In this document: piece after piece, positions 13,801-27,100 of the stretch
How the letters are laid out: each line of letters opens with the position of its first letter
Position numbering within the stretch: position 1 is the stretch's first letter
Source: Haliotis rubra
Taxonomy: Eukaryota
Direction of reading: 5' to 3'
Assembly: GCF_003918875.1 (NCBI RefSeq)
Contig: NW_025766558.1
Location: 2,480,001-2,544,000 of the forward strand
DNA: 64,000 nucleotides
Notes under the pieces: generated by a model
What the model was told of the DNA's origin: nothing
Databases searched by the model: none
What the model saw: only the letters and a program-made list of their open reading frames with translations
Made by a program: the position numbers and the translations under genes

Positions 13801-16623
13801 CAATTACTCACACACTTTTAAAAACAGACATATTGTACAAAGATTGAGAATGCAATATAAAACGAGCTTAAAGCTGGTTTAGAAAGCATAGTTACAGTCA
13901 CCGCCATGAGGGATATATTAAAGTCAGATATGTTTGGTTATCAATAATAAAAATTCAAACGCACCTTGCAACAATGCAGTCATCATTATTTTTCAACAAA
14001 CATATTTTGATGCATTAATCCATCGTGAAATGTGTCGCTTCTACATATGTATACATTACGATACCATTCAGGTTTTGTTTAAGAGAATATTTGTTATTTA
14101 GACTGAGATCCGTATTGAGAAACAAACAAAGCATCAAGTTATGAAACATGCTGGCTCTCTGCATACACTTTATAAAATGGAATGATTTAGAAACCATTAT
14201 CAGCAAAACATTTTCCCCCATGTGTCCCAACAGACTCGAACTGCGTCTCCGTGCTCCTCAGATCCGGCAAGATTATATTTAACCCTACGTTTGAAGATGG
14301 CTGTTTTACAAGGATACGTCTTCTACTGCTTTCGACAATTATGCTATTAAACAAGAAAGAGTTACAAAGCACCGGGCAAACCTTTACATTGTTTTGCATG
14401 TCGATACTGAAGTTGCTCTGGATCATCCATCACCGTAACTCCAGAGGCCAATGAGCTCGTTTTTAGCTTTGTCAGTGAGACGCGTGAGATTGGAGGAGTG
14501 TTGATGCAAGTAATCTGATAAGATTCACATGATTCAATGACACCTGTAAGATGTTTTTTCTACTTGATTTTATTCGGCACTGAAAACGTCATCCCGCCTT
14601 AAGGCCACATGGAAGCAGCAGAAATCAGAGGTCGGATAAGATTAACTTTCTGTGCAGACCAAGGACTTCTTCCTGCGTTGAGCAACATGTTGAGAGGACT
14701 AAGAACCACTCGACTGGAATAAATAACATGGAGTTTATCGGGTTCGTTTAGCTCAGGCCTTCTTGAAGCTAGTTGAGACAGAAGTAAAGAAGTTATAAAA
14801 ATGTTGTCTTTTAAGACAGAAGTCATCAAACATCCTTGGTCTCAAATTACAGTTCACGCAGGGCCTCTGAAACAGCCATTAATAATTCCACTGAACAGTT
14901 TTAGTTTTTGTGGTATTTGGGAATAAAGAATTGGCAGCAATCACCGGGTTGGAATCAGGACGATATGACAGACGTAGGGGGATGCAAGGAATAATTACAA
15001 GGATAGTTCCTGTACAGGTATCGATCGTCTCAGCGTCTACCTGACATCACATATTACTGCAACTGATCCCGTATGCAGCGGTGACAGCATGGGACTACGA
15101 CTACGACTACGGCTGAAACTGCTCGGGCGTGGCATAGACGTATTATGATGTACAGCTATTGATGCAGCACAGAACACTGTATAATGACGCTGGCACGTGC
15201 ACTGGGAGATTACCACGCACGGTTTTATCATGGATGTATAATTGTGACAGATGGCTTTCCATATATCTCGTTGTTTGAACCCTTTTATCGTGAATGCCAG
15301 GGATGGGACGCGGGCGCTCTTTACCCGCATACGACATTTGATGCGTACAAAGGTTTATGAATCCATATAAATTCACAGAAGCACTCAATGCACCTAAAGC
15401 CATAATAATTTTGTGTCTCATGGATCTCAAGTACAATACGTTCTAAATTACAGGGCCATTTATGTAGGTCTGTAGCACACGTGTGTACTTGCAGGCGCAG
15501 TTTTCATTATTCCCATGAACAATATAAGTTTGACTGTTTGCGTTTGTTTTTTAACCTCTATTCAGCAATATTCCAGCAACATGACACCGGCCTATAACTA
15601 CCTTGACTAGGTAATCCAGCGAACAACGCTCCACCTCAAGGGTCACAATTGGTCACAATGACACCTACGTCCCCGAGACTGACCAACTCATCCGTTTGGT
15701 CGCCATGACAGACCAGCATTTGTTCTGGGGCCCACTTCCATACCGGAATCCCTTTGGTCGTTGTTGAAGATGAGAGAACACTGCATCAGTAGGAACTAGA
15801 TGTAGTGTTGACAGCTGAATCGTAATCTAGATATGTACAGTTAGTCATACTGACTCAGGGGCAGTCGTTTAGAAAGTCAAGTGGCCTCATTCAAAGCCTC
15901 ACCACAGGACCAGGCTATGGCTATGAGTAACTTTGTATTGCAAACAGGAATGGAAAGCTCAATTTAATGGTTGGCTTTATTGTATCCGACGTTGGAATGC
16001 TGGAACTTGTATATGCTGATTGCATGATGGAGCGAGTCACGAACACAAGGCGATATGCGAGATTGGAAGAGCCGGTAGTCAGCAATTAGACTGATGACAT
16101 TATGAATTTGTTGCATGAGAAAGGGACATTATTGCAGGCTCTCCAGATCCCCCGATGAGGGTGTGTGCGTTTGTTGGCTATAGTGACTGGCGAGTATCAC
16201 CACTAACGAGGGAGAAATTAACAGCTGTTTTCACTTGCTTGTCGTATCATCAGCTTTGTCAGTTGTTTCGGCTGTAACCAACGGATTATTATAAAAAATC
16301 CTTAATTCATATGTCTTTTGATGTAGTGGTGAAATGTGGTGATTTAAGGTAGCTGCCATTTGATGTCTGTATCACCGTGTTGATGCCAACAGGTATATCT
16401 CCTTTAAATTAGGTGTTTGCATCTTATAGTCGTTAAGAACTCATTGATGACTGCAGATTGAGAAATTAGCACAGTTCCGTATTCTTGTTTGTACTTTGAA
16501 GCATTTGTTGTGATTGATAATGTTTGCCTTCTACTTTGAAAGACAATAGAGACGTTAGGTACTGTTGACTTAATTCACAAGGGAAATGACTGGAATGTAA
16601 TAGATTTTGCTTGTTTGGTATGC

Positions 16624-16996
16624 AGACCGCCTCCGTGGTGTAGTGGTTAGAGCGTCCGCCCGGAGAGCGGAAGGTCGCTGGTTCGATCCCCGACCGCGTC
16701 ATACCAAAAGACGTTAAAATATGGTACTTGTTGGTCCCTGCCTGGCGCTCGGCATTAATGGGTACAACAAGGACTGGTCGGCTCGGAGTCAGTATAATGT
16801 GTCTGAGTGGGGTATTCATGCTTCACTGCGGCATGGTATATCAGTGGGCTAGCACTATAAAACCAGCTTCAGTCTGGGCTAGTACAAGCAGCCACACATA
16901 CACATACACACGCATGCACGTCGTCATATGAGCGAAATATTCTCAATCACGACGTTCAACCCAATTTCACCTCACCTCACCTCACCTCACCTCACC
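16624..16996 (+). mobile_element. tRNA-derived SINE with a Meta/MESC-like central domain (family B)
   Basis: A/B boxes (GTGTAGTGG, GGTTCGATCCC), GTCATACCAAAAGACGTTAAAATATGGTAC domain, (CCTCA)n tail, 12-bp TSD TGTTTGGTATGC. Domain name is from recollection. Confidence 0.9.
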
Positions 16997-17526
16997 TGTT
17001 TGGTATGCTTCACGCTGTAGAAGATGAACTTCACTGCTTGCAACACCAAATGTCATAACTGTGCATGAAATAGTTAAATGTATAACCAAACATTTAAGTA
17101 ACCTAATTATTCGAGCAAAAACATGAAATCGCAATTGGCTACGGATTTATGTATCATTCGAGGTAAGGTGTGTTGGGGCTAGCTTATTGTGAGATACTAT
17201 AATATGTTCGGTCAGACCTTCTGCGATATAAACGTTTTTTCGTATTAAAGGTAGAACAGATGAAAAAATATTTTCTCATACGACATGGCCCTTGCCTTGA
17301 GATCGGCGCGTCAAGGAGACACCTTCTCATAGGCACACAATGCTGAGACAACAAGTCAGTCTATAACGATGTATTTAAATACACCATATTAAATGCATTC
17401 CTACAAAAGTAAAGTCTAGTTACCTATTGAACCCCATGGATGGCCGCAGTGGGCAGACTGTTGGAGGGACAGGGGCCTAGCCTATAAGACAAGAACAGCA
17501 TTGTAAGGTGCGGCGATACAGCTTTT

Positions 17527-17757
17527 TTTTATTTTTATTATAGGATATTTATATAGCGCACATATCCACGCAACTAGTGCAAGCTCAATGCGCTGGTATT
17601 TTTTCCCTCGATCATTGGATGTCAATCTCAACGGCACATCGTATTATCAATCTCAGCTCCCTGGGGAGTATACAACTCTTGCTGCCATTAGGCGCACCGA
17701 GTTATTGTGGCTTTCTCATCGTAACGAAGTACCCATTCACAGCTGGGTGGACTGGGA
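17527..17757 (-). mobile_element. 5'-truncated SINE with a Nin/Deu-like core and L2-like tail (family D)
   Basis: Minus strand reads TCCACCCAGCTGTGAATGGGTAC ... ACTCCCCAGGGAG ... TGCGCTATATAAAT then an A-rich tail. Confidence 0.65.
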
Positions 17758-20700
17758 CACATAGTCACAGTACTTTGTCCAACTTACAGCTGCCATTTAC
17801 ATGGACGCAACATATACAATGTTTACCGTTCAGGATTACTTGTCTTCTATTAAATGCATTGAACAATGACGCTTATAAGCGAATACTGACGACAGTGGCA
17901 TGCACGTTTGCGTCATGGCTACGGTAGACAATGTCGTGACTGCTGACGGCACCTCTTGACAACACCTCTTCTAAACTGCCGGGCAAAAGAAGGAATAAAT
18001 CCTGTTTGATGTTGGCTACAAATAAATGAGAAATTGATATTTTATGGCAATGTATTGATACGGTATCGTAGATGTGTTTTGGACTAGATCCAATTTTGTA
18101 TGTATACTTTAATTTGCCTGGCAGTTTATCATCCCTGCTCAACAAGCAGGCGAGACGCTACCACACGGAGACACGCCAGCTCAATAGCAGCATATCAACA
18201 CATGAAGATTAATGGGGAAGGTTGCCGACTCCACGGCATCAATAACAGGAAGCAGTATTAGCGAGTCTCCACCCGGAATCCGCGAGGCACAGCTTTGATA
18301 TATAATAGTAGAGGGTTGCAAACACAATCATGGAGCTCCGTACGTGTCATTGGTATCATTCCACCATTACCAGAACGACCGTAGCATAGACGGACCTATC
18401 AACTTTTAGCTCTACAGGGGCTGCCGTATATAACACTGAATATAGCCTCAGCACCAGACAATGGTAAAATAATCACTCTGGCACCACGCCTTCTATGTCT
18501 TTCCTGAACGACAGAACACAGCCACTACGTAAAAAACTTATCATTGTTTACAAAACTCAATTATCGGCGAAAGACGCGAGTCGACTTCCTAACCCCGAAA
18601 TAAATTAATTACTGGATGTATCTTACATCACGTTCAATTATAGTGGGTAAATAACCTTACTCCTGGGACGTAGCGTTCCGAGTGGCACTTTAAAGCACAT
18701 CTCCAAAGACAACTCCAGGAACATAAATTGATCACAGTTCAAACTGAGCAAGGAATTGCCCTACCGTCATCACCAATTCCAATTTTCTCCTCCCCCATAA
18801 CCACACCGCGCCATGTACTCTTGGAGAAACCATTTCCTTCATTTATAACACCGCGCTCTCTAAACCAAGGCAATAAAACAAACGAAGCATCCCTCCGCCG
18901 CAATGCCTCGAAATTGAGAGCAAGTCCTTACAACCTGTAGCGCCGGACTACAACGGACTGTCCTGACTGTGGGGGGAGGGGGGAGGCGATTGTGAGCCCT
19001 CCGTCAATACATCGCGAGACAGACTCACTTCCAGGGTATAAGGAAGCGCTCACCAGATGAATCCGAATTAGTTAGCATTAAGTACTTCGCCCGCATGCTT
19101 GACCAAACACGTTGATATGTCCAGGGATCGATACTGTCGTAGGTTAGCTCCCTTGGGTATGTCATCCAAGGTTAGTGAGAATCGGACGTTACTTGACAGT
19201 AAAGGAATTCACAAGACGCTATATGAGAACTACATACACAACACGCTTCTGTGGTCCTAAAAGTTATTTACTAACCTTCAGATAATAAGAATGAAAAATG
19301 GAAACTGAACTGAAACATTTCCAGTATCGTCATCATGTCTATACGAGCTCATCGCTGACCATTTTCGGATACATCAAATCCTAAAGATAAGACTCTTGAA
19401 TGACGACGATGGTGGAAATCACGCTCGACACGCTCCTATCACAGTAAACATCAGTAGAAATGTGTATTAGAGAACATAGATACACTTACCCTGTGTTTGA
19501 ACGGGAAGTTGACGGAGGTGTTTTGATCGCTTCCACAGGTCAGTCTTTTCCATGTAAATACACGGTTAGAATAGCAGTACCAGGGTCACGTGACTCGGTG
19601 GACCCGGAATTATCGATTTCTACCAATTCTCTGACATACATTCATTCCGACGGTAGTTACCTCCCTTACTTCCTCCGCGCTGGTAGTGGGAGTTATTGAT
19701 CTGGTAATTAGAGCGAGTATCCAGGTTTTGTAGTAAAGCGTTTACTCCGAGAATTTATGAGCATTTGATTAAGAGATCGAACGTTTTTTGTTTGTTTCAT
19801 ACGTGATGTCGTCATCAGTGGCGGAGAGGCACACGTCCCGGTAATTTTATCGTTTTTCACGCAGTTGGGATGTTGTCGTATTTGAAGTGTTTCATACAAT
19901 AAGTGTTACGTCTTCGAGAAGCAGCATTCCTGCCGAGAGTGAAACCAGTTATCGACCGGCCACGTGAAAGCATATGCGAATCTCAGATATTTTCGAAGAA
20001 CATGGCATAAAAAAACGATGTGGGCAAACGTGCTATGGGCGAGAACGATAGGATCGACAGATTCTTTGATGCTGGGACCAATGGCGGTACCGAGTCGTGC
20101 TGCTGCCTCCCCTTTAATGGTATTGACCGCGTAAAGTGACGTCATCAACGCTTCAGTGACAGTACAGAAATTAGGATTGTGAATATAAGGCTTACGTTGC
20201 CGTATTTAATTCACGGAAGCTTTTGGGTCACGCAAGCTGCTGTACACAGACCCCATTCAGAGGACTAATGGGTTAACACATGATCTGGCAATACCATAGT
20301 TTGGCAGAATTTTGGAACATTTCAACCTACTCACTTGCTTCTAAATTAATTTACATCATACAAATTGGCTTTGAAACTTAAAACCTTGAAACATCTCTGG
20401 CAATCTGTTCTGACGATTGAAGCTGAGAAAACAATGGATGTCTTGTATTTGGGTTTTATGCGCATATGACTTTCTCTGAAGGTTTCTTTGGAGGAATCGT
20501 TTCCTTCTTGATTTATTGATGACCTTAATGAGCGTGATGTAAAACGTAATTTGCGTGTTTAAGTTGATTGTAGGATTAATAGAGCCGATAATGTGGTGGT
20601 TGCTGAACGCTGAATTATCGTCTCTTGAACACGGAGTGTAATCATCGTTAAGAGGGTGTGCAACAAGAGGGTCATTTCCGTGAAATGTGACCATATGCAC

Positions 20701-22367
20701 CCAATTGCACTCTTGGTCTTGTTAGACTAGCGCCAGTACAGGAACACGCCACTCAACTAGAACACTCTTTTTCATCACACAGATGATCACAATACGTTTT
20801 TTCGTCATATGGTGATCTATCGCAAACGCTACGGTTATTTTTTTCACTCTACTCTTTTTACACGACATCAGTAGGTAGTGATAAAAACATGTCAACGGTA
20901 TGGCTTATTTAGCTTAAGGCGAGGGGTCCTTTGTTGTTTTTTTCCTGTTTGCATGAAAAATATTGATTTATCTTGAAGCAAAAGACGGCTTGTTTGAAGG
21001 CATTGTGAAAACGCGGGGTCGTGTAGCTTTGGTGCTACGTTACCTTTCATTGTGAAAGGCTTTGGTGTATTTGAATGTTTCATTTTATCGTATTATTCAA
21101 ACGGTTTTGATCACTGCAATGAAAAAGCGAGAGAACGAGTGAATAAATTAACTGGATTTACGCTTCTGTGAACACTATTTTCGTTCTTTCACGGTGTGAC
21201 AACTTTAATTTGGGAGGAAAACTTAAATTTCTAAAATGACACAGGTCTTAGGTGTTTACCATATTCATGCAAATGGTTATATTCGAGAAATATTTTGGTT
21301 ATAATGAGCAGATCCTGCCACCGTTATGGGACGCAACTGTGGCGCTCAGGGCTACTGGTTCACGAGGTTCTCCTTCAGTGACGTCACTGGTATAGAAACA
21401 TGTCCCTGTGAGTGATGCTATTCTGGTATTTCCAGAATGGTCGATGTACGTACAATCTAAACAAACGTCGTTCAAGTCTGGGTAGTTAAAACAAGCAGTG
21501 AGGCTAAGTTATCAGCTGCTAATGAGAGAAATCTGCTGTCGGTCTGTGACAACGGGACAAACCACGTCTTGACAGAATGACCACATCAGCGATCCGTCAG
21601 TGCCGATTATAGTGGAAGCTGTTCTGAAGGTCGGCTGGCGGAGACATTGGCTGGATGTATTCACAAGGGACCTGTATTGGCTGGATGTATTCACAAGGGA
21701 CCTGTATTAATACGGGGTCTGTACAACGCTAATATCCTCGCAGTAATTACTCCAAAACATAACGGGTTACTGTGTCGGAATGCGCAGCCGCCGTTCGTAT
21801 GCCGACACTGGTAGACCGTCGCCCAGCCTCCATGAGACTCCTGAGAAGGATCCCTCTGACCTGCTCGTCCTGGCCCGGCATGAAGCCACCACCGGGGTTG
21901 TCCGTCGTGGTAGCCACCTTTATTACTGCTCTGTTTTATAGGTGTAGTATGCTGGGCCACGCAAATTGGCCATTCCATATTTGGAGTGCTACCATGATTA
22001 ATCTCTATGGCTAAAATAATAAAGTTTTTATTAGACTTTTATTCCAGCCCAAGATGTTTGTTTCTTTAATACTTGTAGCGGAAGAGTGTACCAACACCTT
22101 ATATGAGAGTCTTCCGACCTCGCACAGTCCTACAAGCTACAAGATCGATCGAGACAGAGACAGAGACTATATCATGCCTCACTTCCAAATGGACAGACGG
22201 CATCCGTTCCCTGTATGTCAGTCCATACACTATAGGCAGGTGTGATCATAGTATAACGGTATATTATTCCTACGGTTCCTGTACAAAGTACGCATTATTT
22301 ATCGTCGAACAAATCACCATACATTTATAAATAGTGATGCGAAGGTTATATTTTAGATATGGTATTT

Positions 22368-22670
22368 TGGTTGTTTAACGCCGCACTCATCAATGTTTTC
22401 GATCCACGCAACTGGGATACGATGACATGTGTCAAGCAAGTCAGCGAGCCTTCCACCCGATCAGGCTAGTCGCCTCTTACGACAAGCTTGGGTTGCTGAA
22501 GATCAATTCTAACACTGTTTTTTGACCAAATGACATAAGCATAAGTCCGCGTTCAGCAACAATCACAGCAATAACCAATGGGTTTCAAGCAACATCAACA
22601 TGTCGGGGAATCGAACCCGGGTCTCGGGAGTTACGAATCAAAGCGTTATCCACAAGGCTACCCTACCGCA
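22368..22670 (-). mobile_element. Partial family C copy (about 22368-22513) followed by a degenerate family A copy (about 22545-22670)
   Basis: GTCGCCTCTTACGACAAGC motif; GGAATCGAACCCGGGT (reverse complement of a B box). Confidence 0.7.
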
Positions 22671-24135
22671 CCTTTCATCTGTACATGACTAAGCATAAAG
22701 CCATATGTGTTAATGATTGATCATAACATTTAAGTGAAATGAAAACCGGTATGGTTCTCATTCTTGTAAAGAGACGATTTCTTACGCGAATAGTGTCTTG
22801 TATAGAACAGTTAGTCTGTAAACTGATCTTAATAGAAACGTATATCTACAAAACAACACGTGAAACCCAAATGGATCCCAGAAACAATGTCTACTTCCTG
22901 GAGCTGAGGTCATCTAAATTTGCCAAATAATTCTACGCTTGCGTTGGATTCAGTTTTAATCTATTCTCCGAAAGCTGGGAGACAACTTAAGCTGGTTAAA
23001 CTTGGTTCGTCTATTCAACTGAAATGTGATAAACACAACTCGGGACTAACTGTTTCCGCCTTCAGACCATTGCTCTCCACGTACTGCTCTCTACAAAATG
23101 TGATGGAATCGTTCCCAGGACTGCCAGAATTCCTCCACAGACCCAGCTGGTGTTGCACCATTATCGTGTCCATTCAGCCTTCACTGATAAGTCGTATACT
23201 TGATAGACAGCACTTCCTCAATCTTGAAAAAGCCCTCAGATCATAATCAAATTTCATACCCTTTGCCAATAGTGACGACAACAATGAGACAGTGAGCTGC
23301 AGTTGTGGAAAAAAGGGTTCTCGGTAAAGCGCCCCTCCATTTCCTGGCTGACTACGTTACCGGGTTTGTACAGACGCTAATCCTTCCAATGCAGTGATTC
23401 GCTGACCACTGGACCATTGTGCCCTGCTGTGAACTCTCAGTGCAGTTAATATCATGGCTGTAGTCATTCATCAAGGTACAGATCTGCAGCAACATCGTGG
23501 CTTCGATCTTTCGGAACAGCGGGGAACGGGATGTGACTTCCTCGGTGGGGAACGTCTACTACGACGACGCATTGTGTTCGGGGTCCGCCATTCCTGATTG
23601 AGTTGACGTGGCTAATAGACGCATGCCTGTGAGATTAAACTCCGAAGTAAACGAAGAGTTTTCTGTGAATGTCAAAGCCAATGATTCTATCAATTATAGC
23701 AATTTCCGTCCCTGATGCTTTAGAGAATTCAAATTTGAATTTCACTCCATCAGCTAGCGTTTGGCGATGAGAACGGGAAATTGGCAATATGAACTTCAAT
23801 TAATATCAGTTCTGTAATTTCATTCAGCTGACTTGCGTAGTCACTATATTAATAAACGTTCAATAAAAAGCGTCTGAAGCGAGCTCACTTCATTATGTGG
23901 TTGTATCGATGACAAATCTTAAATAGAACTAAATAAATGAAGCAAGAAAAAAACTTTCCATATTCATAAGAAATGTAAGTTTAAGGCATGTGTTTGTGAA
24001 GCACTTTTAAATGGTGATGATACCAAGTGTTCACGAAAGGTGAACCTATCCTACCCTACCGGTGGCACTACAAAACACATGCAAAGGCACAAATGTAAAA
24101 CACGGGTACATATAGCTGGTGTAAAACAGTTGCCA

Positions 24136-27100
24136 GGAGATATACGTGTAGTAACATAGTAGCATACTGGTTCTAGCGGGAAGATATACTTGTAGTAACA
24201 TAGTAGCATACTGGTTCTAGCGGGAAGATGTACTTGTAGTAACATAGTAGCATACCGGTTCTAGCGGGGAGATATACTTGTAGTAACATAGTAGCATACT
24301 GGTTCTAGCGGGGAGATATACTTGTAGTAACATAGTAGCATACCGGTTCTAGCGGGGAGATATACTTGTAGTAACATAGTAGCATACTGGTTCTAGCGGG
24401 GAGATATACTTGTAGTAACATAGTAGCATACTGGTTCTAGCGGGGAGATATACTTGTAGTAACATAGTAGCATACTGGTTCTAGCGGGGAGATATACTTG
24501 TAGTAACATAGTAGCATACTGGTTCTAGCAGGGAGATATACTTGTAGTAACATAGTAGCATACTGGTTCTAGCGGGAGATATACTTGTAGTAACATAGTA
24601 GCATACTGGTTCTAGCGGGAGATATACTTGTAGTAACATAGTAGCATACTGGTTCTAGCAGGGAGATATACTTGTAGTAACATAGTAGCATACTGGTTCT
24701 AGCAGGGAGATATACTTGTAGTAACATAGTAGCATACTGGTTCTAGCGGGGAGATATACGTGTAGTAACATAGTAGCATACTGGTTCTAGCAGGGAGATA
24801 TACTTGTAGTAACATAGTAGCATACTGGTTCTAGCGGGGAGATATACTTGTAGTAACATAGTAGCATACTGGTTCTAGAGGGGAGATATACTTGTAGTAA
24901 CATAGTAGCATACCGGTTCTAGCAGGGAGATATACGTGTAGTAACATAGTAGCATACCGGTTCTAGCGGGAGATATACTTGCAGTAACATAGTAGCATAC
25001 ATTCTAGAGTAACATAGTAGCATAGGACATATACTGGTTCATAGTAGCATACTGGTTCTAGGGAGATATACTTGTAGTAACATAGTAGCATACCGGTTCT
25101 AGAGGGAGATATACTTGTAGTAACATAGTAGCATACTGGTTCTAGCAGGGAGATATACTTGTAGTAACATAGTAGCATACTGGTTCTAGCAGGGAGATAT
25201 ACTTGTAGTAACATAGTAGCATACCGGTTCTAGCGAGGGAGATATACTTGTAGTAACATAGTAGCATACTGGTTCTAGCAGGAGATATACTTGTAGTAAC
25301 ATAGTAGCATACTGGTTCTGGCGAGGGAGATGGTTCTAGCAGAAGGGAGATATGCGTGTAGTAACATGAAAGTAGCATATACTTGTAGTAACATAGTAGC
25401 ATACTGGTTCTAGAGGGAGATATACTTGTAGTAACATAGTAGCATACTGGTTCTAGCAGGGAGATATACTTGTAGTAACATAGTTCTAGATATACTTGTA
25501 GTAACATAGATACTGGTTCTAGCCAGTAGATATACTTGTTCTAGCGGGTTCTAGCGTAGTAACATAGTAGCATACTGGTTCTAGCGGGGAGATATACTTG
25601 TAGTAACATAGTAGCATACTGGTTCTAGCAGGGGAGATATAGTATACTGGTTCCATAGTAGCAGATACTGGTTCTAGTAACATAGTTTCTAGATATAGGG
25701 AGTATATAGTAGCATACCGGTTCTAGCTTAGGGAGATATAATTGTAGTAACATAGTAGCATACGGTTCTAGCACAGTAACATAGTAGCATACTGGTTCTA
25801 GCAGGGAGATATACTTGTAGTAACATAGTAGCATACTGGTTCTAGCAGGGAGATATACTTGTAGTAACATAGTAGCATACTGGTTCTAGCATATACTTGG
25901 AGATATACATACCGGTTGTAGTAGTAACATAGTAGCATACTGGTTCTAGCAGGGAGATATACTTGTAGTAACATAGTAGCATACCTGGTTCTAGCAGGGA
26001 GATATAGCGGGAGATATACTGGTTCTAGCAGGGAGATATACTTGTAGTAACATAGTAGCATACCGGTTCTAGCAGGGAGATATACTTGTAGTAACATAGT
26101 AGCATACTGGTTCTAGCAGGGAGATATACTTGTAGTAACATAGTAGCATACCGGTTCTAGAGGGGAGATATACTTGTAGTAACATAGTAGCATACTGGTT
26201 CTAGCAGGGAGATATACTTGCGGTTCTAGTATACTTGTAGTAACATAGTAGCATACTGGTTCTAGCAGGGGAGATATACTTGTAGTAACATAGTAGCATA
26301 CACGGTTCTAGCGAGGGAGATATACTTGTAGTAACATAGTAGCATACTGGTTCTAGAGGGGGAGATATACTTGTAGTAACATAGTAGCATACTGGTTCTA
26401 GCAGGAGATATACTTGCAGTAACATAGTAGCATACTGGTTCTAGCAGGGAGATATACTTGTAGTAACATAGTAGCATACCGGTTCTAGCAGGGGAGATAT
26501 ACGTGTAGTAACATAGTAGCATACTGGTTCTAGCGGGAGATATACTTGTAGTAACATAGTAGCATACCGGTTCTAGCAGGGAGATATACTTGTAGTAACA
26601 TAGTAGCATACCGGTTCAGCCAGGGGAGATACTTGTAGTAACATAGTAGCATACCGGTTCTAGCAGGTTCTAGAGATATACTTGTAGTAACATAGTAGCA
26701 TACTGGTTCTAGCGGGAGATATACTTGTAGTAACATAGTAGCATACCGGTTCTAGCAGGGGAGATATACTTGTAGTAACATAGTAGCATACCGGTTCTAG
26801 AGGGAGAGATTGTAGTAACATTGGTTCTAGCGGGGAATACGTGTAGTAACATAGTAGCATACCAGTTCTAGAGGGGAGATATACTTGTAGTAACATAGTA
26901 GCATACTTCTAGGGGGAGATATACTTGTAGTAACATAGTAGCATACTGGTTCTAGCAGGGAGATATACATAGTAGCATAGTAGCATACCGGTTCTAGCAG
27001 GGAGATATACTTGTAGTAACATAGTAGCATACTGGTTCTAGCAGGGATATACTTGTAGTAACATAGTAACATAGTAGTTCATACCAGTTCTAGTTCTAGG

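Noticed and set aside
16624-16700. tRNA-like sequences (also at 10214, 33733, 50360)
   Set aside because: They are SINE heads followed by body, tail and TSD, not stand-alone tRNA genes.
20356-20760. Possible further Tc1 remnant on the minus strand
   Set aside because: Similarity is too faint to support without an alignment.
23280-23630. GC-rich coding-like patch
   Set aside because: Stops interrupt the frames I translated on both strands, and I recognised no homology.
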